From an uncultured virus (IMG/VR IMGVR_UViG_2660238363_000004) (lineage: Duplodnaviria > Heunggongvirae > Uroviricota > Caudoviricetes): DNA of 64,000 nt. Shown one piece after another: positions 1 to 9,817 of this stretch. The DNA is taken from the IMG/VR virus record IMGVR_UViG_2660238363_000004. One strand, given 5' to 3'. The stretch's first letter is position 1. Every line of letters begins with the position of its first letter. The notes beneath the pieces were generated by a model. The model saw only the letters and a program-made list of their open reading frames with translations, did not search any database and had not been told where the DNA came from. Both the position numbers and the translations under genes were made by a program.

Positions 1-1164
1 TTACGCAAGTTTCAAACCAGCCTGATTTCCTCCTTGTGTCGTATTTGTGTCGCTAGCGCCAAAAATGGCGTCAATTTTGCGTGCGTGTTCGGTCAGGTGG
101 TTCGGCGCCAGGTGAGCATAACGGCGTACCATCTCGATGCTCTCCCATCCTCCCATTTCCTGTAAAACAGAAAGCGGGACGCCGGACTGAATAAGCCAGC
201 TCGCCCAGGTGTGCCGGAGGTCGTGAAAACGGAAATCCTCGATCCCGGCTTTTTTCAACCCGGCGCGCCAGGCGTTATTGTCATCCACCCGCATTTTTCT
301 AACCGCGGGCGTCAGTGTCCCATCAGGACGATGCTTTGCCGTCGTGTGAACAAACACCCATCGGGAGTGCTTCCCTATCTGATCCCTTAATACCCTGCAT
401 GCGGTATCATTCAGAGCTACGCCAATCGCCTTGCCCGCTTTTGCGTTCTCCGGATTTACCCATGCAACCTTTCTCTGCATATCGACCTGCTGCCACTCAA
501 GCCCGATGATGTTTGAGCGACGCAGGCCGGTTGCCAGTGCAAATATCACCACTGGCTTAATGCTCTCCGGCATGCACTCGATCAGCCGCTCAGCTTCCTC
601 TCTGGTCAGCCACCGTATCCGTTTACTGATCGGCTTACGGGTTTTGATTACAGGGGCTGTTTTTATCCAGCCCCAGTCATTCGCCGCGGCCCTGAGAAGG
701 GAACGAATGAAGGAAAGGTGTTGCGCCTTCGTCGCCTGCGAAACCTGCCGTGGTTTGTACTCAGGAACCGGCTTACCCTTCCTCAACGCGGCATCGCGCT
801 TACTCTCCCACACCTGCAGGTGCTTACGGTTGATCATCCCATTAACGGCTTCGTGAACTTCCTCCGCCGTTATCTTCGATACATCACGGCCGGAAAAATG
901 CTGCAGCCAAAACTCAATTTTGGTTTTGTCATCATCCAGCGATCGCTTATGGTCTTTTTCCCGAAGCCACCGGATGCAGCACTCTTCGAAGGTTCTGACG
1001 GGAAGGTCTCCGATCTGGTCAACCCGCCACGCTTCCGCCTTCAGCTTGTCGTGGAGCTCCTGAGCCTGCTTTTTGTCCCCCGTGCCAAGAGATCGCCTAA
1101 CTCTTTTTCCTGACGGCGTAAAGAAATGACAGTGCCACACGCCGCCCCTGAGGGTGATTGACAT
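1..1164 (-). CDS. int: Tyrosine recombinase integrase
   Basis: [18 protein letters not shown] and RYAHL catalytic motifs; N-terminal arm-binding region. Confidence 0.95.
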   Translation of the reverse strand: MSITLRGGVWHCHFFTPSGKRVRRSLGTGDKKQAQELHDKLKAEAWRVDQIGDLPVRTFEECCIRWLREKDHKRSLDDDKTKIEFWLQHFSGRDVSKITAEEVHEAVNGMINRKHLQVWESKRDAALRKGKPVPEYKPRQVSQATKAQHLSFIRSLLRAAANDWGWIKTAPVIKTRKPISKRIRWLTREEAERLIECMPESIKPVVIFALATGLRRSNIIGLEWQQVDMQRKVAWVNPENAKAGKAIGVALNDTACRVLRDQIGKHSRWVFVHTTAKHRPDGTLTPAVRKMRVDDNNAWRAGLKKAGIEDFRFHDLRHTWASWLIQSGVPLSVLQEMGGWESIEMVRRYAHLAPNHLTEHARKIDAIFGASDTNTTQGGNQAGLKLA

Positions 1165-1376
1165 AAAACTTCTCCTTTATGTTCACCCGCGTTCGCGATG
1201 ACAGGATCGCGCGGGGTTTTCAAATATGCAATACACGCAGCCTCGGTCGTTCTGTACTTATTGCCGACCTTGCGGCCGGCGAGCTCCCCAGACTCAATCA
1301 GGCGGTAGATCACCCGCGCAGACACGATGAGCAAATCGGCGGCCTGCTGTGCTGTTATCGGTTTGTCAGACGCCAT
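1041..1376 (-). CDS. xis: Excisionase (HTH_17-like)
   Basis: [26 protein letters not shown] winged HTH; overlaps int start. Confidence 0.8.
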   Translation of the reverse strand: MASDKPITAQQAADLLIVSARVIYRLIESGELAGRKVGNKYRTTEAACIAYLKTPRDPVIANAGEHKGEVLCQSPSGAACGTVISLRRQEKELGDLLARGTKSRLRSSTTS

Positions 1377-1388
1377 ATTTCCTCCCGG

Positions 1389-1631
1389 TTACGCCGCCCG
1401 CTGGGCGCGCAGTTTCTTAATGTGTTCGCTCTGCTCCAGCTCTGCCTTTATCTGCTGGGCCTCTTCGTGAGAGAGCGGCTCGAAGTCATTGTTAAAGCGG
1501 TCTATGCTTGCGGTGTTGATCCGCCCCTGGCGCCAGTAGCGAACCGTCTTGTCGTCGCTGCTGGCGATAATTACCGGCCATCCGTGGCAATCGGCAAAGA
1601 GCTGACCTCTCTGAATTAGTTTGAACATCAC
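1389..1631 (-). CDS. Phage protein, DUF4222-like
   Basis: D.HGWPV...VRYWRQG...IDRFNNDF pattern. Confidence 0.55.
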   Translation of the reverse strand: MMFKLIQRGQLFADCHGWPVIIASSDDKTVRYWRQGRINTASIDRFNNDFEPLSHEEAQQIKAELEQSEHIKKLRAQRAA

Positions 1632-1849
1632 GGCCTCCGGTGTTTACCGCGCAATTCCTCATCTTCCTGACAATCAGCGCAGCGCTGACAACCCGCCACC
1701 AGTTCCCGGCGCCGCTCTGGTATCTCTTCCCCGCAGTCGCAGCAGTGAGTGGCCGAAACTGCCGCATGGTTGATGCGCATGTTCTGGATGGTCATTTCAA
1801 GCCGGCGCTCTGCCAGCTCGTTGGCCTGATCGATGATTTCTGCGCTCAT
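1628..1849 (-). CDS. TraR/DksA C4 zinc-finger protein
   Basis: CCDCGEEIPERRR...CQRCADCQ. Confidence 0.9.
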   Translation of the reverse strand: MSAEIIDQANELAERRLEMTIQNMRINHAAVSATHCCDCGEEIPERRRELVAGCQRCADCQEDEELRGKHRRP

Positions 1850-2682
1850 GCTGCACGCTCCTGTTTCCGCTGTGCTGCCGGGTTAAGCCAAAGGCATTCT
1901 GTACGTACTTTCGTACCGCGCCCGGCGCTGATGCGCGATGCTTTCTCGGTCTTCGCCCAGCCGGATAACATGTCGTTGTAGACCTCAGCGTCGTAACCGC
2001 TGATCATCACCATGCCTGTCATCGTTCTGGCCACAGCGAGCAATTGCTCATGCCCTTCAATCGTCATTTCATGCGCGTAGTATCTATTACCCTGTACGCG
2101 GGTTTCCGGCACATACGGCGGATCGATGTAATGCAGGGTTGTTTCTGCGTCGTGGGCGCGCATTACTGCCAGAGCGTCTTTGTTCTCGATAATGACGCCC
2201 TGCAGGCGCTTACAAACAGCAGCGAGATTCGCTGGGTAACGCGCCCAAAGGTGCGCAGCAGTAGCATATTTGCGTTTGCTGTCGCTGCGGAATCCGGAGT
2301 TACCACCGATACCTGCTGCCGAGCCAAACCCCATGCAGGCGCGAACCACCATGCGGCGGGCGCGTTCGATTTGGTCTGTCGCTGGCTCCTGAGCGTGGCA
2401 GAACTCATCGCGTGAATACGGGGTCAGGCAGCAGGCATCCTGCAGACGCTGGTTTAACTCAGGGTCACGCAACACTCGAAACAGATTCACAACTTCGCCG
2501 TCGAGGTCGTTGTACACCTCTGAATAGCTGCGCGACTTCTGGAGTAATACGCCAGCAGCGCCGCCGAACGGTTCCACATAGCAGACGTGATCAGGCATCT
2601 GCTCTATAATCCACGGCGCAAGGCGGAATTTCCCCCCGTGGTAGCGGATCGCCGGATGCTTAACTTTTACGTCAATTTTCAT
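1846..2682 (-). CDS. DNA adenine methyltransferase (D12/Dam-like)
   Basis: YHGGK, YVEPFGG, YNDLD and YIDPPY motifs. Confidence 0.92.
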   Translation of the reverse strand: MKIDVKVKHPAIRYHGGKFRLAPWIIEQMPDHVCYVEPFGGAAGVLLQKSRSYSEVYNDLDGEVVNLFRVLRDPELNQRLQDACCLTPYSRDEFCHAQEPATDQIERARRMVVRACMGFGSAAGIGGNSGFRSDSKRKYATAAHLWARYPANLAAVCKRLQGVIIENKDALAVMRAHDAETTLHYIDPPYVPETRVQGNRYYAHEMTIEGHEQLLAVARTMTGMVMISGYDAEVYNDMLSGWAKTEKASRISAGRGTKVRTECLWLNPAAQRKQERAA

Positions 2683-3323
2683 GCTGCACCGCCTTCAACG
2701 CGCTTGAACTCGATAACCCAAACCCACGGATTCGAATTCCAGGATTCGTCACCGTAGATTGACGCCCACAGGCGCGCGAACACATCAGCTACACAGTCGC
2801 CACTCTTCATGTCGGCGGTACTGCACCCTTCACGTATCGCATCGCCGTCACTGATACTCTTCAGTCGTTCCACGCGCACATCGGTGATTTCCAGCAGAAT
2901 GCGGCTGGCCCAGCGCGGCATGTGGATAGATGGTCGCCAGCAGCAATGCAGTTCATCATCTGCATCGTAAAACTCTGGTGCAGGCACTCCATCAGCCTTG
3001 TAAACGCAAAATTCGGGCTTCTCAAACGGAGTGGGGTCTTTGCAATAGCTATCCATTAGGTCGTAGTCGAACAGTGGCCCCTGAAACGTCTCTCTTACCC
3101 AGATGCGATCGCCTGGCTTGCCGTAAGGGCAAAAATGAGCGGTGGTGCTGCCATGCTTGTGCCTAAGAGAGGATTTCCAGCCAATTGCTTCTGGGTTGGG
3201 GAATATTCCACGCTCAATGTCGTCCGCTGGTTGTGGTGCCATAATCCGCCGCGTCTGCGTCTTCCGACCGTCGAGAATGGCTCGTACCATTTCAGAGTTG
3301 AAAATCATTCCGCGCTCAGTCAT
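2679..3323 (-). CDS. ASCH/PUA-like phage protein
   Basis: MVRAILDGRKTQTRR...GDRIWVRE...WRPSIHMPRWASR...NPWVWVIEF; ATG at 3323 preferred. Confidence 0.7.
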   Translation of the reverse strand: MTERGMIFNSEMVRAILDGRKTQTRRIMAPQPADDIERGIFPNPEAIGWKSSLRHKHGSTTAHFCPYGKPGDRIWVRETFQGPLFDYDLMDSYCKDPTPFEKPEFCVYKADGVPAPEFYDADDELHCCWRPSIHMPRWASRILLEITDVRVERLKSISDGDAIREGCSTADMKSGDCVADVFARLWASIYGDESWNSNPWVWVIEFKRVEGGAA

Positions 3324-3660
3324 TCCAGGCCTCCAGTTCGTTCTCGATCTCTTCGTCGATTTCGTCGTTGGTAGCGTCTTCGTCCAGGAAGTCACGCGCC
3401 TCTTTCAGGTACTGTTCATGGCGCTCCCGATACCAGGCCGAAAACTCTGGCGTCCAGCCGTTCGGCTCACCGTCATAGTCAACCTTGGCGTTACGTTCAG
3501 CCATGCTCTCGACCATGCTGTAAGCTGTGGTGAGCGCTGCGTCGCGGATATACCCGCGCAGGTCACGCTTACGCCAGTAAGGGTTAACTTTTGAATCGCA
3601 GAAAGGTTTGAATTCCACTTCCCAGCGACGAATGCAACGCGCGTTTAATGACTTGCTCAT
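3316..3660 (-). CDS. Hypothetical phage protein
   Basis: ATG (MSKSLNARCIRRW) coupled to the upstream stop. Confidence 0.6.
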   Translation of the reverse strand: MSKSLNARCIRRWEVEFKPFCDSKVNPYWRKRDLRGYIRDAALTTAYSMVESMAERNAKVDYDGEPNGWTPEFSAWYRERHEQYLKEARDFLDEDATNDEIDEEIENELEAWND

Positions 3661-3878
3661 GATTCCACTCCATAGCGGCCGCTGAGCCGCCCAATAACAC
3701 TGACAAATTTCACCAGGCTGACACCCATCGGCTTTACCTTCTCGTAGTGCTTGCGAAGGATGGGGGGGCATACAGCGTTCCACTTCGGTTTAGGCTTTAC
3801 GCTCATCGCTTTGGTTATCTCTTCTGCGCAGCGACGAGCCTGGGCGCGGAGAGCGTTTTCTTTTTCTTCATGCGTCAT
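3657..3878 (-). CDS. Hypothetical phage protein
   Basis: 73-aa ORF with ATGA overlaps on both sides. Confidence 0.6.
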   Translation of the reverse strand: MTHEEKENALRAQARRCAEEITKAMSVKPKPKWNAVCPPILRKHYEKVKPMGVSLVKFVSVIGRLSGRYGVES

Positions 3879-4531
3879 GCTGCCTCCGTTTTCACTACGT
3901 CGATGGCGCAGCCGGGGATCAGTTCAACGGAAGCGGTGGCGCACTGGTTGCCCCAGTGACTCCAGCCTGGCTCAGCGCTGCGGCTGAAAAGCTCAATCCG
4001 TGGCACTTCGCCGTAGAGCAGCTCCAGGCGGTGGCGAACCTCCCACGGCTTCTCGCTGTGCGCGCCGAGTGGACTGTAGACCACCTGCTTAATGCCAGCG
4101 TGCTTGCGTTCCAGACCAGCGCCGCGGGTGGCGATCAGCACGTCTTCTGTGTTCGCGCGGGTATGATTGCCGCCGTTCATGCGCGTCTCGGCATTCAGCA
4201 GGTCGAGGAAGTCGTAAAAGTCGGCGACCTCTCCCTCTGCCAGGGCCTTGGTAATGCGCAGTTCGGCCAGCTGGTTCAACTTCACCCAGGTGAAGCCCTT
4301 CATCGTGCGCACCGTAAATCCCCAGGCCTCGGCCAGCTCGATCGCCTCCTGGTTGTGGGTGCCGGTGTACCACATCGCCAGCACAGCGTTATCCGCTGCG
4401 AGTTCCCATACCGGGAGCCGCTTCATATCGAGCAGGCTCATGGTGGGGTAGTGGTCGGCGGCTGCGCCGTTGCTGATCGTGTTCCCGTAAGACCAGGCCG
4501 GGTCAGCATAGATAAGTGAGTAGCGTTTCAT
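3875..4531 (-). CDS. MT-A70 family adenine methyltransferase
   Basis: LIYADPAW, HYPTM, HSEKP, RIELFSR and WGNQ motifs. Confidence 0.9.
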   Translation of the reverse strand: MKRYSLIYADPAWSYGNTISNGAAADHYPTMSLLDMKRLPVWELAADNAVLAMWYTGTHNQEAIELAEAWGFTVRTMKGFTWVKLNQLAELRITKALAEGEVADFYDFLDLLNAETRMNGGNHTRANTEDVLIATRGAGLERKHAGIKQVVYSPLGAHSEKPWEVRHRLELLYGEVPRIELFSRSAEPGWSHWGNQCATASVELIPGCAIDVVKTEAA

Positions 4532-4686
4532 CGCGCACCTCTTTTCGTGTCCAGCTCTTCAGCCAGCCTCTGAGCCTTTAAAGGGTTGTTGACCACCTCA
4601 CCCCACGGCATAAGCCAGCCTTTCACTTCTTTCAGAAAGGGAAGGCGCACCGCGCCAACCCTGATATCGTCCTGAGCGTGCTTCAT
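4528..4686 (-). CDS. DUF1317-like small phage protein (52 aa, not in ORF track)
   Basis: Hand translation MKHAQDDIRVGAVRLPFLKEVKGWLMPWGEVVNNPLKAQRLAEELDTKRGAR; coupled to the MT-A70 start. Confidence 0.7.
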   Translation of the reverse strand: MKHAQDDIRVGAVRLPFLKEVKGWLMPWGEVVNNPLKAQRLAEELDTKRGAR

Positions 4687-4697
4687 GCTCGACCACG

Positions 4698-5402
4698 TCA
4701 AAAGGGAATGTCGTCGTCGAAGTCCGGCGGATTCTGGATGTTTTGAGCGTGCTGATTAGCAGCTTGCTGCAGCCGGGAATGAGGTACTGCGTTAGGGTTT
4801 TGCGCATAAGGGTTAGCGCCAGCCTGCTGGCGACCTCCACCAGAAAACTGAGGATTACCCTGGACGCGATCGTCTTTATCTTTCATCGACTTTTCCAGGG
4901 CGGCGATAGCGGTTGCTGCTTCGTTTTCGCTGTATTCGGCATAAGTACGACGAGATCCAGGCTGGAAAACGTGGCGGACTTCGAATTTATAGCCGTCAGT
5001 TCCATCGCCTTTGGTGTACAGGACTTTCTGCAGGAACAGGCCAACTTTCTTGCCAACCAGCGCCGGGCAATGCCACTCAACACCATTTTCGGTTTGCACC
5101 TGTTCAGGCTGAGCGCTTTTAACCTGGGCAGCCCAGAGAAGGGCAGAGATCAACCCCATGCCAAAAGTTTGCTGACCATCTTTCCCGATGTAGTTGATGC
5201 GCAGGTAGTTGGCTTTGGCGCCGTCACTGTCTAGGCTCAGCTCCAGCGCCTGTGACTGACTGCCATCCTTACCGAAGGTATAAATTGCTGAGGTAATGAA
5301 TCCCTCATAAGCGCCAGTTTCGCTAATTCCGCCAGTGGCGCCTGCTTTCTTCGCCAGGCTGGCAGCTTCGGTATTCCATACAAAAGACATTGGCTGGTTC
5401 AT
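4698..5402 (-). CDS. Phage single-stranded DNA-binding protein
   Basis: Q/N-rich linker and SSB-type acidic tail DFDDDIPF; next to Sak4-like ATPase. Confidence 0.7.
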   Translation of the reverse strand: MNQPMSFVWNTEAASLAKKAGATGGISETGAYEGFITSAIYTFGKDGSQSQALELSLDSDGAKANYLRINYIGKDGQQTFGMGLISALLWAAQVKSAQPEQVQTENGVEWHCPALVGKKVGLFLQKVLYTKGDGTDGYKFEVRHVFQPGSRRTYAEYSENEAATAIAALEKSMKDKDDRVQGNPQFSGGGRQQAGANPYAQNPNAVPHSRLQQAANQHAQNIQNPPDFDDDIPF

Positions 5403-5413
5403 GGTTGTGATCC

Positions 5414-6082
5414 TTATAATTCGGTCATAAATTCAGTGATAGCGACATCAACGGCTTTAAGGTCGTTATCCATTTCAGTGAGCCCCGGGAACAGGTCCGG
5501 AGGCGCTTTTGCGGTGTCGTTGTCGTCACCCTTAATCAAAAAAACGTGCTTCCCGTCTTTCTTGATGGCCCGCAGAACGATGGAGAAATACCCCTCAGGC
5601 GTAAGCTTTTCGTTCAACATCTTGCCGGTGGTTTTCATCCTGATTTTCCCGTCCGACTCTTCGGTATGGGCCAGGAAGTAAACCCTGAAGTCGTCCGGCA
5701 GCCGTGTGGCGGCCATAATGATTTGCCACACGTGATCTGCCATTTCCGTAAACTTCTGATACCCGGTCTGGTATGCGCGCATCATGTTTTCGTGTTGCAT
5801 GACGACCTGGAAATCGTCGATAACCAGTACGCGTCTTGTCTTCGAAAGCACCATGCGGTTGATGGAGTCCAGCACCGCATCCCAGGCATCAAACCGGATG
5901 ATGTTTCCACGCTGCACAGAGCCATCCGGCAGCTCTTTCCCGTTGAGCTTCCAGCCGGTAGCGCGGAATGGCAGCATCTTCGGAATGCATTGCAGTAAAA
6001 TCACTTCGTCAGGTGTGAAGTTGCGCAGGCTGTATGACTTGCCGGCGCCGCTATCACCCAGGATGAGTACAGGCGTTCCCAT
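5414..6082 (-). CDS. Sak4-like AAA ATPase / ssDNA annealing recombinase
   Basis: Walker A GDSGAGKS, Walker B LVIDD; exo-ATPase-SSB order. Confidence 0.8.
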   Translation of the reverse strand: MGTPVLILGDSGAGKSYSLRNFTPDEVILLQCIPKMLPFRATGWKLNGKELPDGSVQRGNIIRFDAWDAVLDSINRMVLSKTRRVLVIDDFQVVMQHENMMRAYQTGYQKFTEMADHVWQIIMAATRLPDDFRVYFLAHTEESDGKIRMKTTGKMLNEKLTPEGYFSIVLRAIKKDGKHVFLIKGDDNDTAKAPPDLFPGLTEMDNDLKAVDVAITEFMTEL

Positions 6083-6083
6083 A

Positions 6084-6743
6084 TCAGGCTCCTTTCAGCC
6101 AGTGCTTAACGGTGAATTCCATGTCTTCGTCCAGATCAGTCCCAAGAAGCCAGCGGAGATACCCCTTATCCTCTGTAGCAACCTCCTCAAAAGTTTTTCC
6201 CTTGTGCTTACCGAAACGCATCCGGTAGAGAAGGGAGGGGCTTGCCGATATCTCGCGCATCTCGCGGATCGTCCACTGCGCCTCGCGGCCCATGTACATC
6301 AGCAGCTCTGCGGTGACATAGCAGTCATACAGAGCGCGGTGTGCATAGAGCCCTTCAGGAAGGGTGGGTTTAAGCCCAAGGCGGTAACGCAGGTACTGGT
6401 TGCCATGGCTTTCAAACTCCGGATAAAGCTTTCGCGCCAGCTTCAGCGTGCAAATCCATGGGGCATCAATCTGTGGAAGCTTGCCCTTGTCGAATGCGGC
6501 GTTATGAGCCACATAAACACTGGCCCCCAGGTAGCGGCCGATTACCTCGCTGATGAACGGAGCATCGGCTACCATGTCTTCGGTGATGTGGTGAATGGCC
6601 ATAGCCTCAAAACCGATCGCTTCCGGAGGGCGAACAAAATCGCTCATCGGGTTGCAGATCGCGCCAAATTCAATATCGACGCTGGCGATTTCCACAATTC
6701 CGCCTTCAAAGCTGGTTGTTTCGGTATCAATTACGCGCAACAT
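6084..6743 (-). CDS. 3'-5' DEDDh exonuclease (ExoX-like)
   Basis: VIDTETT, VAHNAAFD and AHRALYD motifs; C-terminal FGKHKG. Confidence 0.9.
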   Translation of the reverse strand: MLRVIDTETTSFEGGIVEIASVDIEFGAICNPMSDFVRPPEAIGFEAMAIHHITEDMVADAPFISEVIGRYLGASVYVAHNAAFDKGKLPQIDAPWICTLKLARKLYPEFESHGNQYLRYRLGLKPTLPEGLYAHRALYDCYVTAELLMYMGREAQWTIREMREISASPSLLYRMRFGKHKGKTFEEVATEDKGYLRWLLGTDLDEDMEFTVKHWLKGA

Positions 6744-6882
6744 CTTTCATCTCCGTATTGGCGTCGCTTACTGCGTCATGTTCGGCCAGTTGCCTGGCCG
6801 CGTTATCGAGGTCTTCTGGCTGCAGGTCATAGGCAACAATCACCATGGCCAGAGCCAGCATTCCGCTTTCCTGACTTACCAT
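6727..6882 (-). CDS. Small hypothetical protein (51 aa)
   Basis: Hand translation MVSQESGMLALAMVIVAYDLQPED...; fills the operon gap. Confidence 0.45.
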   Translation of the reverse strand: MVSQESGMLALAMVIVAYDLQPEDLDNAARQLAEHDAVSDANTEMKDVARN

Positions 6883-7271
6883 CTCGTTCTCCGTGAGGAC
6901 TTCTGGCGCCCAGGGTGTTTAATGAAATATTTCTCGGCGCACCCTTTGTCGTCGCAGAAATGCGCCTGGCGGCTGGTCATGTAGTTCGTGATGTTGCGAA
7001 CGACGCAATCATTCGGATGGCGAAGTGCGTAGCAGTGTTCGCACATGACTGCGTTGAGGTGTTCGGTTGCCGTGGAGAGGAAGATTTTTTCCTCAAAGCT
7101 GCCCGGTACGCCGCGGGAATCGACGTAATCGACCATGTTCTGGGTGATGCCGGCATCGTTGGTAAACACTCCACGACCGACAAGTTTCACGATGTGCCCA
7201 CCCATTTTCAGGCGTGTGCCTGCAGGCAAAGAGGCAAGACGTTCAGAAGTTAAACGCGGTAAAGGTTGCAT
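6876..7271 (-). CDS. Hypothetical phage protein, possible Zn-binding
   Basis: CEHC...C...FCDDKGC; AGGAG RBS upstream. Confidence 0.6.
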   Translation of the reverse strand: MQPLPRLTSERLASLPAGTRLKMGGHIVKLVGRGVFTNDAGITQNMVDYVDSRGVPGSFEEKIFLSTATEHLNAVMCEHCYALRHPNDCVVRNITNYMTSRQAHFCDDKGCAEKYFIKHPGRQKSSRRTRW

Positions 7272-7350
7272 GGTTTACTCCTTAAAAAGGTTGTAAGAAT
7301 CCCGGCACCGTAATGGCTGCCTGATAGCTCAGTTAAATTCTTCGTTTCGA

Positions 7351-7557
7351 TTACCGGCTGAGACCTTGTCCCAACCCGTTCAGATAAACTTCAACCAGCA
7401 AGTCGGTTGTGTAAGTCCGCTCAATCCCGCGATGCAGGTACAGGCGGCCGCGTTTATTTGCTGATGCTGTCCAGGTGCTTTCCCGATGTTTAACGAGCAT
7501 CCCTGGAAGAACGGCGCCGCGGTTAACGGTCTGTGTCCCGTAATGATGACTAACCAT
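7351..7557 (-). CDS. Small early phage protein at the kil position
   Basis: 68-aa ORF in the pL operon; function not assignable. Confidence 0.5.
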   Translation of the reverse strand: MVSHHYGTQTVNRGAVLPGMLVKHRESTWTASANKRGRLYLHRGIERTYTTDLLVEVYLNGLGQGLSR

Positions 7558-7953
7558 TGAACACCCCCGTAACGTGCAGAATTTTGATAATCAACGCTGT
7601 CCAGATAACGCCGCAGATCAGCAGGCAGTAAATCAGTGAACGAATGCCTTGTTTGCTCATGCGACACCCCAGCAAAATTCAAAGCTTACCCATGCAACCG
7701 CAATCACAAGCAGAGCAACCTTTAAGCAGAACCGGTGCCATGCAGGTACTTCGTGTTCTCGGATCATTCTTCAGTACCTCGAAAATTAATCTCATGCAGC
7801 CTGAGAAGCCCACGCCCTTGCGTCACGACGATTAAGCCATGCCAACTTAACCCACAGGTCATGAACCCCATCACCTCGGCGAGTATTGCGGCATTTCTCG
7901 CGGTACCGGAGATACTCGGAATTGCACTCAAGGGCATATTTTTTTGCGGTCAT
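7550..7953 (-). CDS. Three tiny pL-proximal ORFs: 7792..7953 (53 aa), 7657..7767 (36 aa, TM) and 7550..7660 (36 aa, TM)
   Basis: Hand translations MTAKKYALEC..., MIREHEVPAWHRFCLKVALLVIAVAWVSF... and MSKQGIRSLIYCLLICGVIWTALIIKIL... Confidence 0.5.
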
Positions 7954-8031
7954 CTCTTCACCTTTGCCTTATCGCGGCTAACGGAGCGTTGTTACCTATT
8001 ACCGGCGCCAACGTTGTTGTTTGGATGAGTT

Positions 8032-8095
8032 AATTTAAAACCATAGTTGTTTTGTAGTCAACAACAATAGTTGTTTAAATGGCTGACATGGTTTT
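8032..8095 (-). promoter_or_regulatory. pL promoter with OL operators
   Basis: -35 TTGACT on minus strand (8056..8061); AAAACCATAGTTGT (8037) and ACAACAATAGTTGT (8061) resemble the OR sites. Confidence 0.75.
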
Positions 8096-8175
8096 ATTTG
8101 GTTGTTTTTATTGGTTATTTATTTTTGTAAAGCGTGCTGGTAAGCTCAAAAAAAAACGCCAAAGAGGGTAGCGCC

Positions 8176-8379
8176 ATGTCGAATGAGGATGAGTTTTTCG
8201 CAGAAATGCACCCGCAGATTGCGCAGGTTATCGGGATAGCGGTTATGCAACTGCTGGTTGAGAAGCGCGAGCCATCAAGAGAGGCGCTGATAGAGATGAT
8301 TCAGGTGTTGTGGCAGGGTGGCCAGGTAGATCTGGCAGTAGAGCTGGCACTGGATGTGCTGATGCTGAGGGAAGAGTAG
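8176..8379 (+). CDS. Small moron protein (67 aa)
   Basis: GAGGG RBS and ATG at 8176; followed by a hairpin. Confidence 0.6.
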   Translation: MSNEDEFFAEMHPQIAQVIGIAVMQLLVEKREPSREALIEMIQVLWQGGQVDLAVELALDVLMLREE

Positions 8380-8389
8380 GGCAGTAATA

Positions 8390-8425
8390 ACCCGGCGCGG
8401 TGGCCGGGTACTGGTTTTATTTTTA
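8390..8425. terminator. Probable bidirectional terminator
   Basis: ACCCGGC-gcggtg-GCCGGGT hairpin with T-rich tail between convergent genes. Confidence 0.55.
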
Positions 8426-8427
8426 AG

Positions 8428-8973
8428 TTAGTGAAGCTCTGAGGGGGCGTCATGACTCATATCAATTAGTACCTGCACTGGGGCTGGGTCTATATCTGCA
8501 AGTGATTTGACCACTATACCCATTTCTTTGCAGCGGTTGAATACACCTTTGTCATGTGTCCAAACCTCATCTACATTGAGCGCCTTAGCAATGGAAATAA
8601 TTTGCCGGTCGAATTTTACTTTGCTTGCTGTGTCAGATTTCATCATAAGCTTTAACTCTTTTATCGATGGCATCTGAGCGCATTCAATTGCAGATATTTC
8701 ATCAAAGCTAGCAATCTCAAAACAAGATTGTCTCTGAATTAAATTAAGGTGCGTTTGGTGATCTTTCTTATCAATACCAACCAGATACTCAGCTAAAACT
8801 GGGGTAGGTATGATGACGGCTCCGCCACTGCTCTCTACCATATCGATCAGTGCTTCTACCCTTCTCATGGGATCTGGTATTTCCATGCCATTTTCAGGGT
8901 TAGATAACTTGCATCCATCTTTCATTCCTGTGATGGCCTGCACTAAAATGTTAGTATCGAATATTATTCGCAA
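8428..8973 (-). CDS. PIN-domain nuclease
   Basis: IIFDTNIL...IPTPVLAEYL...KFDRQIISIA...VWTHD acidic tetrad. Confidence 0.85.
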   Translation of the reverse strand: MRIIFDTNILVQAITGMKDGCKLSNPENGMEIPDPMRRVEALIDMVESSGGAVIIPTPVLAEYLVGIDKKDHQTHLNLIQRQSCFEIASFDEISAIECAQMPSIKELKLMMKSDTASKVKFDRQIISIAKALNVDEVWTHDKGVFNRCKEMGIVVKSLADIDPAPVQVLIDMSHDAPSELH

Positions 8974-9680
8974 TTTAGCGCCCTTAAAGCTTTTAAGATG
9001 GCTTGAGTGTCATCTTCTTCTGTCCATTGATTACCGGGAGCATTCTGCAATGCTTTAAAAGCAGTCTTCAAATTAGAGCTTTCTAAGACTTCATAGGATT
9101 CAATTATTAATTTTTTTAGCTTCCACTTGCCATCTTTTTTAATCCATTCACTATCACCTGAAACCCGTATTTGCTTGAAAAGCAATGCACCAAGCTTTGC
9201 GGCCATAGCGGGAGTTGCCTCACAGTGATATGTCTCCCCGTTAGCCCCCTCAAGCTTCACTGGCGCGGAGTCATCCTTGCCACCAACGTTGTAAAGTTTT
9301 CCTTGCACCTTGCCTTTCTTTCTTACGACGAAAGGGGCTTCTTCATTGATTGATGGAAAATCAAGAATAGTAACTTTATCCTGGTTGATTAATTTTGCGC
9401 CAAAACCATCTTGAGCCAGCAAAGAAACTAATTTTAAGTAAGAGCTTCCAGATGTTGCAGCTTGTGTCATTGAGCGCTGTATAACTGCATCGTATGACGC
9501 TTGGTTATCCACCCAGGTATTCAGGCACGCCGACCCTTCGCTCACATCCTTAAAGTGAACGGCATCCACCGAACCATAAAGGTCGGATAGAGCTGATAGA
9601 TACTTACCAAGGCGAGACATTGTAAGCTCGTCAGGACTGGTACCATCAAGTTTCAAGGTCAGGCGCTTATCTTTGCCCAT
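8964..9680 (-). CDS. Hypothetical protein, partner of the PIN nuclease
   Basis: 238-aa AT-rich ORF overlapping the PIN start; beta-rich C-terminal half, possibly an OB fold. Confidence 0.7.
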   Translation of the reverse strand: MGKDKRLTLKLDGTSPDELTMSRLGKYLSALSDLYGSVDAVHFKDVSEGSACLNTWVDNQASYDAVIQRSMTQAATSGSSYLKLVSLLAQDGFGAKLINQDKVTILDFPSINEEAPFVVRKKGKVQGKLYNVGGKDDSAPVKLEGANGETYHCEATPAMAAKLGALLFKQIRVSGDSEWIKKDGKWKLKKLIIESYEVLESSNLKTAFKALQNAPGNQWTEEDDTQAILKALRALNCE

Positions 9681-9817
9681 TAATTTATCGAAACCCCAAC
9701 ATCAATTAAAAATCGCCCATTACATATAATCATTGTTGTGCATCACTAGAGAGCCGTCAACGGGTTTGAACCCCTTGCTTCTGATCTCCCAAACACCGCA
9801 TCAGTCCACAGGCATGA

